The translations under genes were made by a program, and so were the position numbers. Positions 16,019-25,627 of a stretch of DNA of 32,000 nt are shown one piece after another. The notes below the pieces were generated by a model, which was not told where the DNA came from, did not search any database, and was given only the letters and a program-made list of their open reading frames with translations. Position 1 is the stretch's first letter. Each line of letters starts with the position of its first letter. This DNA is from Hyperthermus butylicus DSM 5456 (GTDB taxonomy: Archaea; Thermoproteota; Thermoprotei_A; Sulfolobales; Pyrodictiaceae): contig NC_008818.1 in the NCBI RefSeq assembly GCF_000015145.1, positions 150,001-182,000 of the forward strand, written 5' to 3'.

Positions 16019-17251
16019 ATGTTGGATCAAAGGGGGCGGGCCATGGCGCAGCTAGAGCTTCCAGGCATGCTCGCCAGGGAGGCTGGCACCCGTGAAGGGT
16101 ACAGGCTCGTGGAACTCTACATAGGCCCCCAGCACCCGGCTTCTGGTCATATGAGGCTTATAGTCTACCTTGACGGCGACCGGATCGTGCGTGTTGATCC
16201 CGACATAGGCTACGTGCACCGCACAATGGAGAAGCTCTCCGAGATCCGGGAATGGGTTCGTATTGTAGGCCTTGTAGAGAGGATGACAATTATAGATTCA
16301 TGTAATGTGACTCTCCCCTTCGTCGAGGCTGTAGAGAAGCTCCTTGGAATAGAGCCTCCGCCGCGTGCAAGGTACCTCCGCACGATTCTCTGTGAGGTAA
16401 ACCGTATCGCGAGCCACCTCTATGGCCTCGGCCTCGGCGGCATATTCTTAAACCACTCAACAATGTTCATGTGGGCATTTGGCGATCGTGAGGTCTTCAT
16501 CCATCTCGCAACACTGCTCACTGGTGCAAGGCTAACCCATACCTATGCGATACCTGGAGGTGTGCGGCGCGACCTCCCCCAGGTCTTTCGGGATGAGTTT
16601 GAGAAGGCCAAGAGGTATATGCTTCGAAGGCTAAAGGAGTACGAGGATATATTCGTCAAGAACCCAGTTGTGAGGGGAAGGCTGGAGAACGTTGGTGTCC
16701 TACCAAAGCACAAGGCGATAGAGCTAGGCGTTACGGGACCAAACCTCCGTGCCAGCGGCGTGGTATATGATGCAAGGCTTACAGGCTACGCAGCCTACAG
16801 TGAGCTGGACTTTACACCCGTCGTAGGCGAGGCTGGCGACGCGCTTGAGAGGATACTAGTCCGCGTAGAGGAGATAAAGGTAAGCCTAGACCTCATAGAG
16901 CAGGCGCTTAAGAGGCTCCCGGAGGGCCCGTTCTTCCACGAGCGCTTCGCCAAGATGGTTCCACCGAACATGAAGCACTGGTTTGAAAAGGGCCGCGTCA
17001 AGCTCCCTGGCGGCTATGTGAGGCTACGCCCAGCGCGCGGCGAGATACTGACAAGGGCCGAGATGGGTCACGGCGAGATAACATACTACATTGTGAGCAA
17101 GGGTGAGTTTAAGCCCTACAGAGTCCGCATTATAACACCGAGCTTCCGTAATGTCATACTCTTCATGACCCTCCCCGTCGGCCATACATTGATGGATCTA
17201 CCCGCAATATATGGTAGCATCGACTACTTCCCACCCGAGTCGGACAGGTAG
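16019..17251 (+). CDS. nuoD: NADH-quinone oxidoreductase subunit D (49 kDa)
   Basis: IGPQHPASGHMRLIV, EKLSE, RILVRVEEI and GEITYYIVS...PYRVRIITPSF motifs are typical of NuoD/NiFe-hydrogenase large-subunit-like proteins. ATG 16043 is the more likely start given the TATA position. Confidence 0.92.
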   Translation: MLDQRGRAMAQLELPGMLAREAGTREGYRLVELYIGPQHPASGHMRLIVYLDGDRIVRVDPDIGYVHRTMEKLSEIREWVRIVGLVERMTIIDSCNVTLPFVEAVEKLLGIEPPPRARYLRTILCEVNRIASHLYGLGLGGIFLNHSTMFMWAFGDREVFIHLATLLTGARLTHTYAIPGGVRRDLPQVFRDEFEKAKRYMLRRLKEYEDIFVKNPVVRGRLENVGVLPKHKAIELGVTGPNLRASGVVYDARLTGYAAYSELDFTPVVGEAGDALERILVRVEEIKVSLDLIEQALKRLPEGPFFHERFAKMVPPNMKHWFEKGRVKLPGGYVRLRPARGEILTRAEMGHGEITYYIVSKGEFKPYRVRIITPSFRNVILFMTLPVGHTLMDLPAIYGSIDYFPPESDR

Positions 17252-17275
17252 CAGGGAATAGAGGTGAGGTAGGCC

Positions 17276-18294
17276 GTGCTCGTGGACACCCTCGCGTCAG
17301 CATTGCATCTCCCCACGTGGCTGGTAAGGGGGGTACTCGCTCCACTCGTTTACCCAGGCCTCGCAGCGATAGGTGTAGTAGCGCTCTTCATACTCTGGGC
17401 AGAGCGTAAGATAGCTGCCCGTGTCCAGATGCGCGTTGGCCCCTACTATGTGTCGCCACAGGCTGGCACGGCGCACTCCAGCTGCTGGCAGACGGCGTGC
17501 GCTTCATGTTCCAGGAGATAATAGTGCCCTTTGAGACTGAGAGGCTAGCATTTGCAGCGGCACCCATACTAGCCTTCACGATAGCAGTGCTGCCTCTAAC
17601 AGTCATACCTGGCGGTCCAGGAGTCTACGGGTTCACAAGCCCATACAGCATGTTGATAGCGTATGCACTACTCTCCCTGACAAGCATAGTCATACTCGTC
17701 ATGGGGTGGGCTGCCTCCAACAAGTTCACACTCATAGGTGCGGGCCGCGAAATACTCACAGCTATAGCTGGCGAGGTTGTACTTCTAGCCTCGATCCTAC
17801 CCACTGCGCTAATGTATGGCACGCTAGACATCAACGAGGCCGTAAGGGCGCAGATGGAGACTGGCATCATAGGCCTAGTAGCTAACCCTGTGGCTGCGCT
17901 CCTCTACTTCCTCGCAGCAATGCTGATAACCGATAGGATACCCTTCGACCTTGTGCTAGGCGAGCAGGAGATCGTGAATGGGCCCTACACCGAGTACAGT
18001 GGGTTCCTCTACGTGCTATCCATGGCGCTCGACTATGCCAAGCTTTACGCGCTAATGATGCTATTCACCGACCTCTTCCTAGGCGGCTGGGCTCCATTCA
18101 CTGGCGAGATCACTGGCAGCTTGGCGGTGTTCCTCAAGACGGTGGTGGTAATGCTCATAGCAGTATTCCTACGCTCGGTCTACGGTAGGATGAGGCTAGA
18201 CAAGATGGTCTCAATGTTCTGGGGCCGCTTCATGCCCCTAGCCTTTGCCGCCCTCATACTTGCAGTATTCGTGCGCTCGCTCTATCTCGGCTAA
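17276..18294 (+). pseudogene. nuoH: NADH-quinone oxidoreductase subunit H, split by a single-nt frameshift near codon 65
   Basis: GTG 17276 is preceded by GAGGTGAGG. Frame A reads WAERKIAARVQMRVGPYYVSPQAGTAHSS... to a stop at 17519-17521. The other frame reads ...GALQLLADGVRFMFQEIIVPFE and continues to 18294. Joining near 17468-17473 restores the conserved GP...LLQ..AD segment. Confidence 0.85.
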
Positions 18295-18324
18295 GTATGG
18301 GAAGTAGCGGAGGTGTAGGCTTGG

Positions 18325-18870
18325 ATGAGCCAGAGCGGGCAACCCGGAGCCGGGCAGACGGCAAGCAGTGGTGTTAGGGTCCGCAGGGTTAGTAGGCCAA
18401 AGGCCGGCATAGTGTCGGGCCACGTCTCGGCGATCTCTGCGGCCCTGCGTAGAGCGTCGAAGAAACCCATGACGCTAATGTACCCCACGGTGGAGGAGGA
18501 GAAGCCACAGCTCTTCAGGGGCTTCATACTCTACGACTACGACAAGTGCATAGGCTGCAGCTTGTGCGCCCAGATATGCCCAGCCAGGGCTATCAAGATG
18601 TATCGTGTCCCGGGCGACAAGAGGCTAAGACCCGGCTACGACGTTGGGCGCTGCATATACTGTGGCCTCTGCACAGACATATGCCCAACAGATGCCCTCA
18701 TCCTTAGCGACCGGTTCGACCACGTATTCGAGAAGCTTGAGGACATGATTTTCGATCCGATAGATTGGGCTCAGATCTCCAAGAAGATTAGGGAGGAGAA
18801 GCCCACGAGGAAGAGGGTTAGAACACTCGTAGATGAGGAGGTGGGTCTCCGGTATGAGCCTATCGGCTAG
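18325..18870 (+). CDS. nuoI: NADH-quinone oxidoreductase subunit I (2x[4Fe-4S] ferredoxin-type)
   Basis: CIGCSLCAQICP and CIYCGLCTDICP cluster motifs, plus PMTLMYPTVEEE (TxxYPxE motif). GGAGGTG Shine-Dalgarno at 18309-18315. Confidence 0.9.
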   Translation: MSQSGQPGAGQTASSGVRVRRVSRPKAGIVSGHVSAISAALRRASKKPMTLMYPTVEEEKPQLFRGFILYDYDKCIGCSLCAQICPARAIKMYRVPGDKRLRPGYDVGRCIYCGLCTDICPTDALILSDRFDHVFEKLEDMIFDPIDWAQISKKIREEKPTRKRVRTLVDEEVGLRYEPIG

Positions 18871-19396
18871 CCTTGAGAGTGTTCTCTACTACTCTGTACT
18901 GCTCGGCTCGCTAGCTACAGTGGCAGTGGGCTCCATAGCAGCAGTAAGGGCTAGGAAGACCATCTACAGCATACTTGGCCTCGTGACTCTTGCTTTAGGC
19001 GTCTCAGCAGTATTTGCGCTCCACGGCTACACCTACCTGGCAGTATTCATCCTAGCCATCTACGTCGGTGCCGGCGTGACACTCATAGCACTCGTAGTAA
19101 TGGTGACAGGGTACTACCGCATACCTGTACAGCACAGCCCTGCAAAACTCCTGCTAGCATTCATAGCTGCTGCAGCTCTCCAGGCCCCAGTGCTAGTCTA
19201 CGGTGCAGCTCACAACGGGCCGGAGGCAGTAATGGTTGACCTTCGCAGTGTTGCAGCGGACATGTTCAAGTGTAAGATATGCATAGTGGTGATAATCATT
19301 ACCATCGCCTCGGTGCTGGTAGAGGCGATTGCTATAGCGAGGGGCGAGGCCCGCAAGTCCTCGCAGGTGGAAGGTAAACCCACCCATAGCGTCTAG
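18854..19396 (+). CDS. nuoJ: NADH-quinone oxidoreductase subunit J
   Basis: Polytopic membrane protein: SILGLVTLALGVSAVFALHGYTYLAVFILAIYVGAGVTLIALVVM. ATG 18854 is preceded by GAGGAGGTGG. The track ORF starts at 18833; it overlaps the nuoI end. Confidence 0.8.
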   Translation: MSLSASLESVLYYSVLLGSLATVAVGSIAAVRARKTIYSILGLVTLALGVSAVFALHGYTYLAVFILAIYVGAGVTLIALVVMVTGYYRIPVQHSPAKLLLAFIAAAALQAPVLVYGAAHNGPEAVMVDLRSVAADMFKCKICIVVIIITIASVLVEAIAIARGEARKSSQVEGKPTHSV

Positions 19397-19438
19397 TTTT
19401 AAGAGGCTGGCATAGCTGTGTGAGGGGGTGGTGGAGCC

Positions 19439-19759
19439 GTGGCATGCGGGTTGTCGTTGGCTGACGTGGCGGTCTTTCTTGCGGCACTGGTAGCGTCTGC
19501 TATGGGTATATACGGGGCTATAACAGCGAGGAACGTTATAAGGCTACTTGTATCCATAGAGATCATATTCAACTCTGTGTTGCTCGAGGTCGCCTATATA
19601 GGGTTCCTCTCGGGTCTCAGTGTCGGGTTTTACTCTCTACTCGTCACGGTTATTGCCCTAACCATAGCCGAGATAGCCATAGTTATCGCGCTCACCGTGC
19701 TCGCGTTTAGGAAAAAGCAGAGCCTGGATATGGAGTCCATGACCGAGGCGAGGGGGTGA
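19439..19759 (+). CDS. nuoK: NADH-quinone oxidoreductase subunit K
   Basis: 106 aa with 3 TM helices. LLVSIEIIFNSVLL carries the conserved membrane Glu, plus TIAEIAIVIALTV. Position between nuoJ and the antiporter-like subunits. Confidence 0.85.
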   Translation: MACGLSLADVAVFLAALVASAMGIYGAITARNVIRLLVSIEIIFNSVLLEVAYIGFLSGLSVGFYSLLVTVIALTIAEIAIVIALTVLAFRKKQSLDMESMTEARG

Positions 19760-19762
19760 GCC

Positions 19763-21277
19763 GTGGTGGCCAGCGGAGTGGAGACAGTTACCCTTAGCGC
19801 TCCTCTGCTCTGGCTGGCAGTGGCAGCCCCAATAGCAGCTGGCATTGTAAGCGGCTTCGCTGGCCGCAGCATCAGCGCTAAGGGCCACACAGCGCTAGCT
19901 ACAGTGTCGTGGCTTGTATCGCTGCTACTCCTATTCCCAGCCCTAGGCCACGCACTCGCAGGCAGGGTTGTAGTCGACCCATTTTACGGGGAGGTGCCAG
20001 GCCTAGGTGTATTCGCCCTGTTCATGGATGCGGTGTCAGCCATACTGGCGCTGAGCGTTGTGCTGGTAAGCCTCATCATAGCAGTGTATAGTAGGCCATA
20101 CATGGAGCACCGCTTTGAGGAACTCGGCGGCGGGAGCTGGGGCACCTACTTCCTACTATACCAGCTATTCACAGCCGGCATGCTGGGCGCAGTACTAGCC
20201 AGTAACACTATCCTCTTCTACCTCTTCCTAGAGCTCACCTTAATACCAAGTGGCCTCCTCATAGCGCTATACGGGTATGGGGATCGGCTGAGGGTAGCCC
20301 TCCTATACCTAGTCTGGACCCACGTCGGCACACTGCTGTACCTGCTCGGCGTATTCATCTCCGGGGCCTACGACATCTACGTGCCTGATACCGGCTACAC
20401 AGTGGCAGCATTCACTGGACTACTGCCGCTAGCACTGATAATTGTTGGGCTCGGCGTAAAGATGGCTATGGCTGGCATACACTTCTGGCTCCCCTACGCC
20501 CACGCAGAAGCACCAACACCAGTCTCAGCACTACTATCCCCACTCTTCATCGGCGTTGGTGGCTATGCGTTATTCCGCGTTGGCGTAGGCATGTTCCAGG
20601 CTGACTGGGCCACGCTACGCCCCATACTGTTCGCCTGGGCGGTAGCGACAATGCTCTACGGTGGCTTCCTTGTGCTGGTACAGCAGGATGTCAAGAGGCT
20701 CTTCGCCTACAGCAGTATATCCCAGATGGGCTACATTATGCTCGGACTCTCCGTAGCAAACCCCGAGGCTGAGGCAGGAGCAATACTCCACTACATGTCC
20801 CACGCGCTGGGCAAGGCAATCCTCTTCGGCGTCGCCGGTGTCTTCATCGTGGCGCTCGGCACGAGGAATATCAGGGAGATGGGTGGCCTCCTAGGCGTGA
20901 TGCCCTACACCGGCAGCATAGCCCTGACAGGCTTCATGCTCATCTCGGGGCTACCGCCAACCCTCGGTATGTGGAGCGAGGTGCTCCTAGTATTCGGCTA
21001 CGCCAAGTGGGCAATGGGTCTCGGGCTAGGACTCTTCCTGCTAACAGCTGCTCTCGTGGCAGCAGCCATGTCGCTCACCGTTGTCTACAGTTTCCAGACC
21101 TTCCGCCTCGTATTCCTCGGCCGCCGTGGCCCGGCAGCCGAGCGGGGCGGGGAGAGCCACGCATCCAGCCTCATAGCCCCCTTGTTGGCCCTCGCGGTTC
21201 TCGGTGTCACCCTGTTTGTTGCTGCGGGTGTACTCGTGGATCCACTCGTAGACTTCCTAAGGGTGGTGTATGGCTAG
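19763..21277 (+). CDS. nuoM: NADH-quinone oxidoreductase antiporter-like subunit M
   Basis: ILFYLFLELTLIPSGLLIALYG and HFWLPYAHAEAPTPVSALLS motifs (ND4/NuoM type). GGGGGTGA Shine-Dalgarno before GTG 19763. Confidence 0.8.
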   Translation: MVASGVETVTLSAPLLWLAVAAPIAAGIVSGFAGRSISAKGHTALATVSWLVSLLLLFPALGHALAGRVVVDPFYGEVPGLGVFALFMDAVSAILALSVVLVSLIIAVYSRPYMEHRFEELGGGSWGTYFLLYQLFTAGMLGAVLASNTILFYLFLELTLIPSGLLIALYGYGDRLRVALLYLVWTHVGTLLYLLGVFISGAYDIYVPDTGYTVAAFTGLLPLALIIVGLGVKMAMAGIHFWLPYAHAEAPTPVSALLSPLFIGVGGYALFRVGVGMFQADWATLRPILFAWAVATMLYGGFLVLVQQDVKRLFAYSSISQMGYIMLGLSVANPEAEAGAILHYMSHALGKAILFGVAGVFIVALGTRNIREMGGLLGVMPYTGSIALTGFMLISGLPPTLGMWSEVLLVFGYAKWAMGLGLGLFLLTAALVAAAMSLTVVYSFQTFRLVFLGRRGPAAERGGESHASSLIAPLLALAVLGVTLFVAAGVLVDPLVDFLRVVYG

Positions 21278-21290
21278 GGGGTGATGCCTA

Positions 21291-23255
21291 ATGGTTGAGC
21301 CTGGCGTTGCAGCTCTCGTGGCGGTGTTCGCGGAGTATGCCGCGGCACTTGTAGCCCTACTGCTGGGTGCTGCTGGAGCCCGGTGGCGTGGCATAGCGTG
21401 GACCGGTGTTGCCGGCGCAGCAGTATCAATGGTTGCTTCGTGGCTGGCGTTCCTCGGCGGCGAGGGTAGGCTGGAGTACGAGTGGGTTAGGAGCCTGGGC
21501 GTAGCCTTTAGCCTCGACGTGGACCTACTAGCAGCCATCATGGGTGTTGTTGTCGCCACGCTGAGCTTCCTAATAGCAGTCTACAGCGTCGAGTATATCG
21601 GTGAGTGGGGTGCGCCCAGGTACTGGTTCTTCTACAGCTTCTTCGTTGCCAGCATGCTATTGCTAGTCTACGCTGGCGACATGATAACACTGTTCATAGG
21701 CTGGGAGGGCACTGGGCTTTCGAGCTGGGCGCTGATAGGCTTCTACTACGATGAGAGGGAGGAGGCGTGGGTTGGCGATCCTGGCCGTGTAGCGCTAGGC
21801 GTGCCGATGTGGTTTACTCCGACCCATAGCGGGCTGAGGGCGATAGTGTTTACGAGGCTCGGCGATATGGGTATGCTGATAGGCATGGGTATGGTGTACG
21901 CCATTATAGGTACTACCAGCATAGCAGCAATGGCAGTTGCTATGAACAGTGTAGCGCTCAACATGTATGTTAAGGGCGTACTGGCTGCATGGGTGATACT
22001 ATTCTACCTTGGCGCGCTGGCTAAGAGCGCACAGTTCCCCTTCCACGAGTGGCTTGTAACGGCAATGACAGGCCCAACATCGGTATCAGCGCTAATACAT
22101 GCTGCGACAATGGTGAAGGCTGGCGTCTACTTTGCGCTGCGTTTCACCCCGTTCATAGCGCCGGCGCTGTTCTGGGTTGGCGCCGGGATAGCTTCGATGA
22201 AGGCACTTGCGTGGCTAGCACTCCTAACAGCCTTCGCCACGGCGACAATGGCGATTGTAGCTAGGGAGCTGAAGCTCATACTAGCGTTCTCGACGGCTAG
22301 CCAGCTATCCTACATGCTCGGCGCTGTCTTCGCAGCAGCGGCTGCAGGAGACCCGGCACTGGGCAGCCTCGGCGGCCTAGCTCATCTAGTGTCACATGCA
22401 GTGTTCAAGGCAGCACTATTCCTCGGTGCTGGCGCGATAATACATGCTGTCCACAGCAGATACATAACCGACATGGGCGGCCTACGCCGCCACATGCCCT
22501 ACACGTTCGCCGCAATGCTACTGGCTGGCGCTAGCCTGGCGGCACTGCCACCGTTCTCGGGCTGGTGGAGCAAGGACCTAGCAGTAAGGGCTATAGCTAG
22601 CCTTGGAGGCTTCGCCGAGGCAGTGGCGCTGCTGACAGCTGTTATCACGGCCGCGTACACGTTCAGAATGATATACTACGTGTTCTTTGGCGAGCCTCGG
22701 TTCCACGGCGAGCACGTCCACGAGGCTCCAGGGCTTATGCTCGGCCCCTACCTGGTGCTCGGCCTAGCAGCCCTCGGCCTAGGCGCAGTGTGGCCCTGGG
22801 TGGAGCATTACTTCGCGGAGGCCAGCGGCGCGGGCCACGTGGGCATGGAGCTGGCGACGGTGCTGTGGGGCACTCTGGCCGCCCTAGCTGGCACCTCAAC
22901 AGTAGCACTCTACTTTGCCGGCATGCTGAAGCCAAACAGGCCCATTGTGAGCCCGGTTGAGAGAGCAATTCACGACTTCCTATACGACCGCTGGTACGTA
23001 AACGCTATCATCTACAAGCTGATAGTCTATCCAGGCGCTAGCCTTGCCAGGGCCCTATGGGGGCTGGAGAAGCTGCTCGACACCGGCCTACATGTTGTGT
23101 TGCCAAGTGCCGCGGAGGCTGTTAGCACCGGGCTTCGGAGGAGGTTACAGTCGGGCGACCTACGCCTATACCTTGCGCTATTCGCCGTTGGACTTGCTTT
23201 AGCCCTACTCCTTGCCCTTGCTTTTTCACCAGCCCAACTCCATGTTGGTAGCTAG
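21291..23255 (+). CDS. nuoL: NADH-quinone oxidoreductase antiporter-like subunit L
   Basis: FIGWEGTGLSSWALIGFYY and FPFHEWLVTAMTGPTSVSALIHAATMVKAGVY (ND5/NuoL type). 654 aa with a long C-terminal extension consistent with the lateral helix. Confidence 0.85.
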   Translation: MVEPGVAALVAVFAEYAAALVALLLGAAGARWRGIAWTGVAGAAVSMVASWLAFLGGEGRLEYEWVRSLGVAFSLDVDLLAAIMGVVVATLSFLIAVYSVEYIGEWGAPRYWFFYSFFVASMLLLVYAGDMITLFIGWEGTGLSSWALIGFYYDEREEAWVGDPGRVALGVPMWFTPTHSGLRAIVFTRLGDMGMLIGMGMVYAIIGTTSIAAMAVAMNSVALNMYVKGVLAAWVILFYLGALAKSAQFPFHEWLVTAMTGPTSVSALIHAATMVKAGVYFALRFTPFIAPALFWVGAGIASMKALAWLALLTAFATATMAIVARELKLILAFSTASQLSYMLGAVFAAAAAGDPALGSLGGLAHLVSHAVFKAALFLGAGAIIHAVHSRYITDMGGLRRHMPYTFAAMLLAGASLAALPPFSGWWSKDLAVRAIASLGGFAEAVALLTAVITAAYTFRMIYYVFFGEPRFHGEHVHEAPGLMLGPYLVLGLAALGLGAVWPWVEHYFAEASGAGHVGMELATVLWGTLAALAGTSTVALYFAGMLKPNRPIVSPVERAIHDFLYDRWYVNAIIYKLIVYPGASLARALWGLEKLLDTGLHVVLPSAAEAVSTGLRRRLQSGDLRLYLALFAVGLALALLLALAFSPAQLHVGS

Positions 23256-23285
23256 CAGTGACGCGTGTTGGCCGGGTGAGAGGCC

Positions 23286-24734
23286 ATGGCGGTGGTTGAG
23301 CTGCTCGTGGGCGACTACGGGTTTGCCCTAGGCGTAGGCCTCTACGCTGCAGCAGCGCTGGCAGCACCGCTGCTCGGTGTGAGAGCTTCAAAGTACATGT
23401 TCGGCTTGGCGGCACTCTGGGGGCTAATCTACGGCTTCCTAGTACTCGGCCAGACCCTTCCAGGCGGTGTAGTCTCAGCATTCTCGGGCTACATTGTGCT
23501 TGATAGCTTCTCGGCATTCCTCGAGACCGGCGCGGCGCTGGTACTGCTGCTCGCAGCGATAGGCTTGTCGGGGCTAGTGGATGGCTGGAGTAGCGGCGAA
23601 GCCTTCTACGCCGCGATGGGCCTCATGGCGCTTGGTATACATGTGCTTGCCGGGGCAGGCGTGCTGCAGCTCGTCTACGCGGCCTGGGTGCTAGCAGCAA
23701 TAACCAGCTATGTACTCGTAGCCCTCCGCAGGGATCGTATAGCAGCGGAGGCAGCGCTAAAGTATGCTGCTACGGGCGCCATAGCTACGGTAGTCCTGCT
23801 GCTCGGCATAACCCTGGCCTACCAGGCCTATGAGGGCTACGCCCTCGGTCCAGCTGTTGTTGCGGGCGGCGCTACTGCCGTGCTCGCCTTCGCCTTCATA
23901 GTCTCGGCAGCAGGGTTCAAGATAGGTATCGTCCCGTTCCAGGCGTGGATGCCAGACGTCTACGGCAACTCGGACCCCGCAGTAGTCTCAGTAATCGCCT
24001 CAATAGCTAAGATAGCCTCCGTGCTTATACTCGTCAGGCTCATAGCGCCTCTAGCATCTCTGCAGCCCGAAACCCTCTTTGACACAGTGGCTGTGCTAGC
24101 AGCTATAACCATGCTCTACGGCAACATAGGCGCCTTGGCAACGGTGAGGGATTCCCCACAGAAGACCCTGGCCTATAGCAGCATAGCCCAGGCAGGCTAT
24201 CTCGCAGCTGCAGTCGCGGCCCTGGCGAGGCTGCCGGGCGCAGAGAACCAGGCTGCCATTGCAGGCCTAGCATTGCACACCCTGGCCTATGCGCTCTCCA
24301 AGCTAGCAGCATTCCAGGCCCTAGCAGCAGCTGGCTGCGGCAGTAACAGCTGTGGCTGGGCAGCGCTCAGGGGCCTGGTGCGTCGCAGCCCCGCCACAGC
24401 ATTCGCACTAGTAGTAGCAATGGCAAGCCTCGCTGGTATACCGGTGACGCTTGGATTCTGGGGTAAGCTCTACATCTTCCTTGCAGTGGCGAGTATAAGC
24501 TGGCCACTAGCACTCTTCATGCTGGCGAACTTCGGCATAGCAATATTCTACTATGGCTATGTGATATACCAGGCGCTACTAGCGCCCGAGACCGGAAAAA
24601 CAATGGAAACCGTGGCTGGAGCTGAGGTGCGTGGAAACACGGACATTGCAGCGACTGCAGCGGCGCTGCTGCTGGTACTGCTGGGCCTGGTGGCCTGGCA
24701 GTTCTACAGTCTCACAGTCTACCCGTACCCCTAA
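23286..24734 (+). CDS. nuoN: NADH-quinone oxidoreductase antiporter-like subunit N
   Basis: GIVPFQAWMPDVYGNSDPAVVSVIAS and TLAYSSIAQAGY motifs (ND2/NuoN type). Last gene of the cluster. Confidence 0.8.
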   Translation: MAVVELLVGDYGFALGVGLYAAAALAAPLLGVRASKYMFGLAALWGLIYGFLVLGQTLPGGVVSAFSGYIVLDSFSAFLETGAALVLLLAAIGLSGLVDGWSSGEAFYAAMGLMALGIHVLAGAGVLQLVYAAWVLAAITSYVLVALRRDRIAAEAALKYAATGAIATVVLLLGITLAYQAYEGYALGPAVVAGGATAVLAFAFIVSAAGFKIGIVPFQAWMPDVYGNSDPAVVSVIASIAKIASVLILVRLIAPLASLQPETLFDTVAVLAAITMLYGNIGALATVRDSPQKTLAYSSIAQAGYLAAAVAALARLPGAENQAAIAGLALHTLAYALSKLAAFQALAAAGCGSNSCGWAALRGLVRRSPATAFALVVAMASLAGIPVTLGFWGKLYIFLAVASISWPLALFMLANFGIAIFYYGYVIYQALLAPETGKTMETVAGAEVRGNTDIAATAAALLLVLLGLVAWQFYSLTVYPYP

Positions 24735-25627
24735 ACGGCTCCTCTACCTTTCTGCCTCCTCTTTTTCGCGTAGCTGGCCATGAACCCTACTATTGCTGGG
24801 TAGTCCTCCTCCCCGTAGCCCTCCCCGGCCATGAGCGCATAGTATGCTGCAACGGCTGCCGCCAGGTGTCCGGGGAGCCCGGCATCCTGTAGAGCCTCAG
24901 CAGCATACCTCGCATCCTTCCCGGCGAGGCGGGCTGCAAAGCTGGCTGGGTGGCCTAGCCTGAACCGCTCGCCGTATCGCTCAGCTATGCTTCCAAGCCA
25001 GGTCTTCGAGATGATCCTCCCGAGGAACTCGTCGAAGCTAATCCCATAGGCCTCTACGAGGGCTGCAGCCTCCGCGAAGCCTGCTACCACCGAGAGGAAC
25101 AGCGTGTTGAAGGCCAGCTTTGCAGCCGTGGCGGCGGGGGGCTCTCCAACCCATACAGTCTCGCCTAGAGCTTTGAGGCGCTGGCAGACGCTCTCCCCCC
25201 TCTTGGAGCCGCAGAGTACTACGAGCCGGCCAGCCCTCGCGGCGGAGGGGCCTCCGAGAACTGGGGCCTCCACGTAGGTGCCACCGGCGCGCTCTACAAG
25301 CTCTAGCGCCAGCATAGTGTGGCGGGGGGTTACGGTGGTGTGGTTATAGACGAGCCTCCCCCCTAGATTAATAGATGTGATTCCCGTGGGCCCCGCTATG
25401 ACGCTCATTGAGGCCTCATCGTCAGACACCACGATGTGTACGGCGTTACACTTCTCTGCAGCCCCAGCCGGAGACCCAGCAACTTCCGCGTCAAGCCTAG
25501 CTGCGAGCTCTTCAGCCCGGCTCCTCGTACGGTTCCATACAACCAGTCTGAAGCCCCTATCGTGTAGCCTCTCGGCAATAGCCGAGCCCATCCTGCCAAG
25601 ACCTAAAACCGCTGCACACTGCTCCAA
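24731..25627 (-). CDS. NAD(P)-dependent beta-hydroxyacid dehydrogenase (3-hydroxyisobutyrate/6-phosphogluconate dehydrogenase-like)
   Basis: N-terminal Rossmann motif VLGLGRMGSAIAERLHDRGFRLVVWNRT; mid-domain GG..AA..G.L...CGS pattern; 298 aa. Confidence 0.8.
   Translation of the reverse strand: MEQCAAVLGLGRMGSAIAERLHDRGFRLVVWNRTRSRAEELAARLDAEVAGSPAGAAEKCNAVHIVVSDDEASMSVIAGPTGITSINLGGRLVYNHTTVTPRHTMLALELVERAGGTYVEAPVLGGPSAARAGRLVVLCGSKRGESVCQRLKALGETVWVGEPPAATAAKLAFNTLFLSVVAGFAEAAALVEAYGISFDEFLGRIISKTWLGSIAERYGERFRLGHPASFAARLAGKDARYAAEALQDAGLPGHLAAAVAAYYALMAGEGYGEEDYPAIVGFMASYAKKRRQKGRGAV

Noticed and set aside
19630-23517. Numerous antisense or alternative-frame ORFs inside nuoK/M/L/N (e.g. 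19630..19890, 21257..21559, 22735..22968, 23122..23517) and 31455..31880
   Set aside because: They overlap strongly supported membrane-subunit frames. They are Arg/Pro/Ser/Ala-rich, as expected from off-frame reading of GC-rich Ala/Leu/Gly codons.
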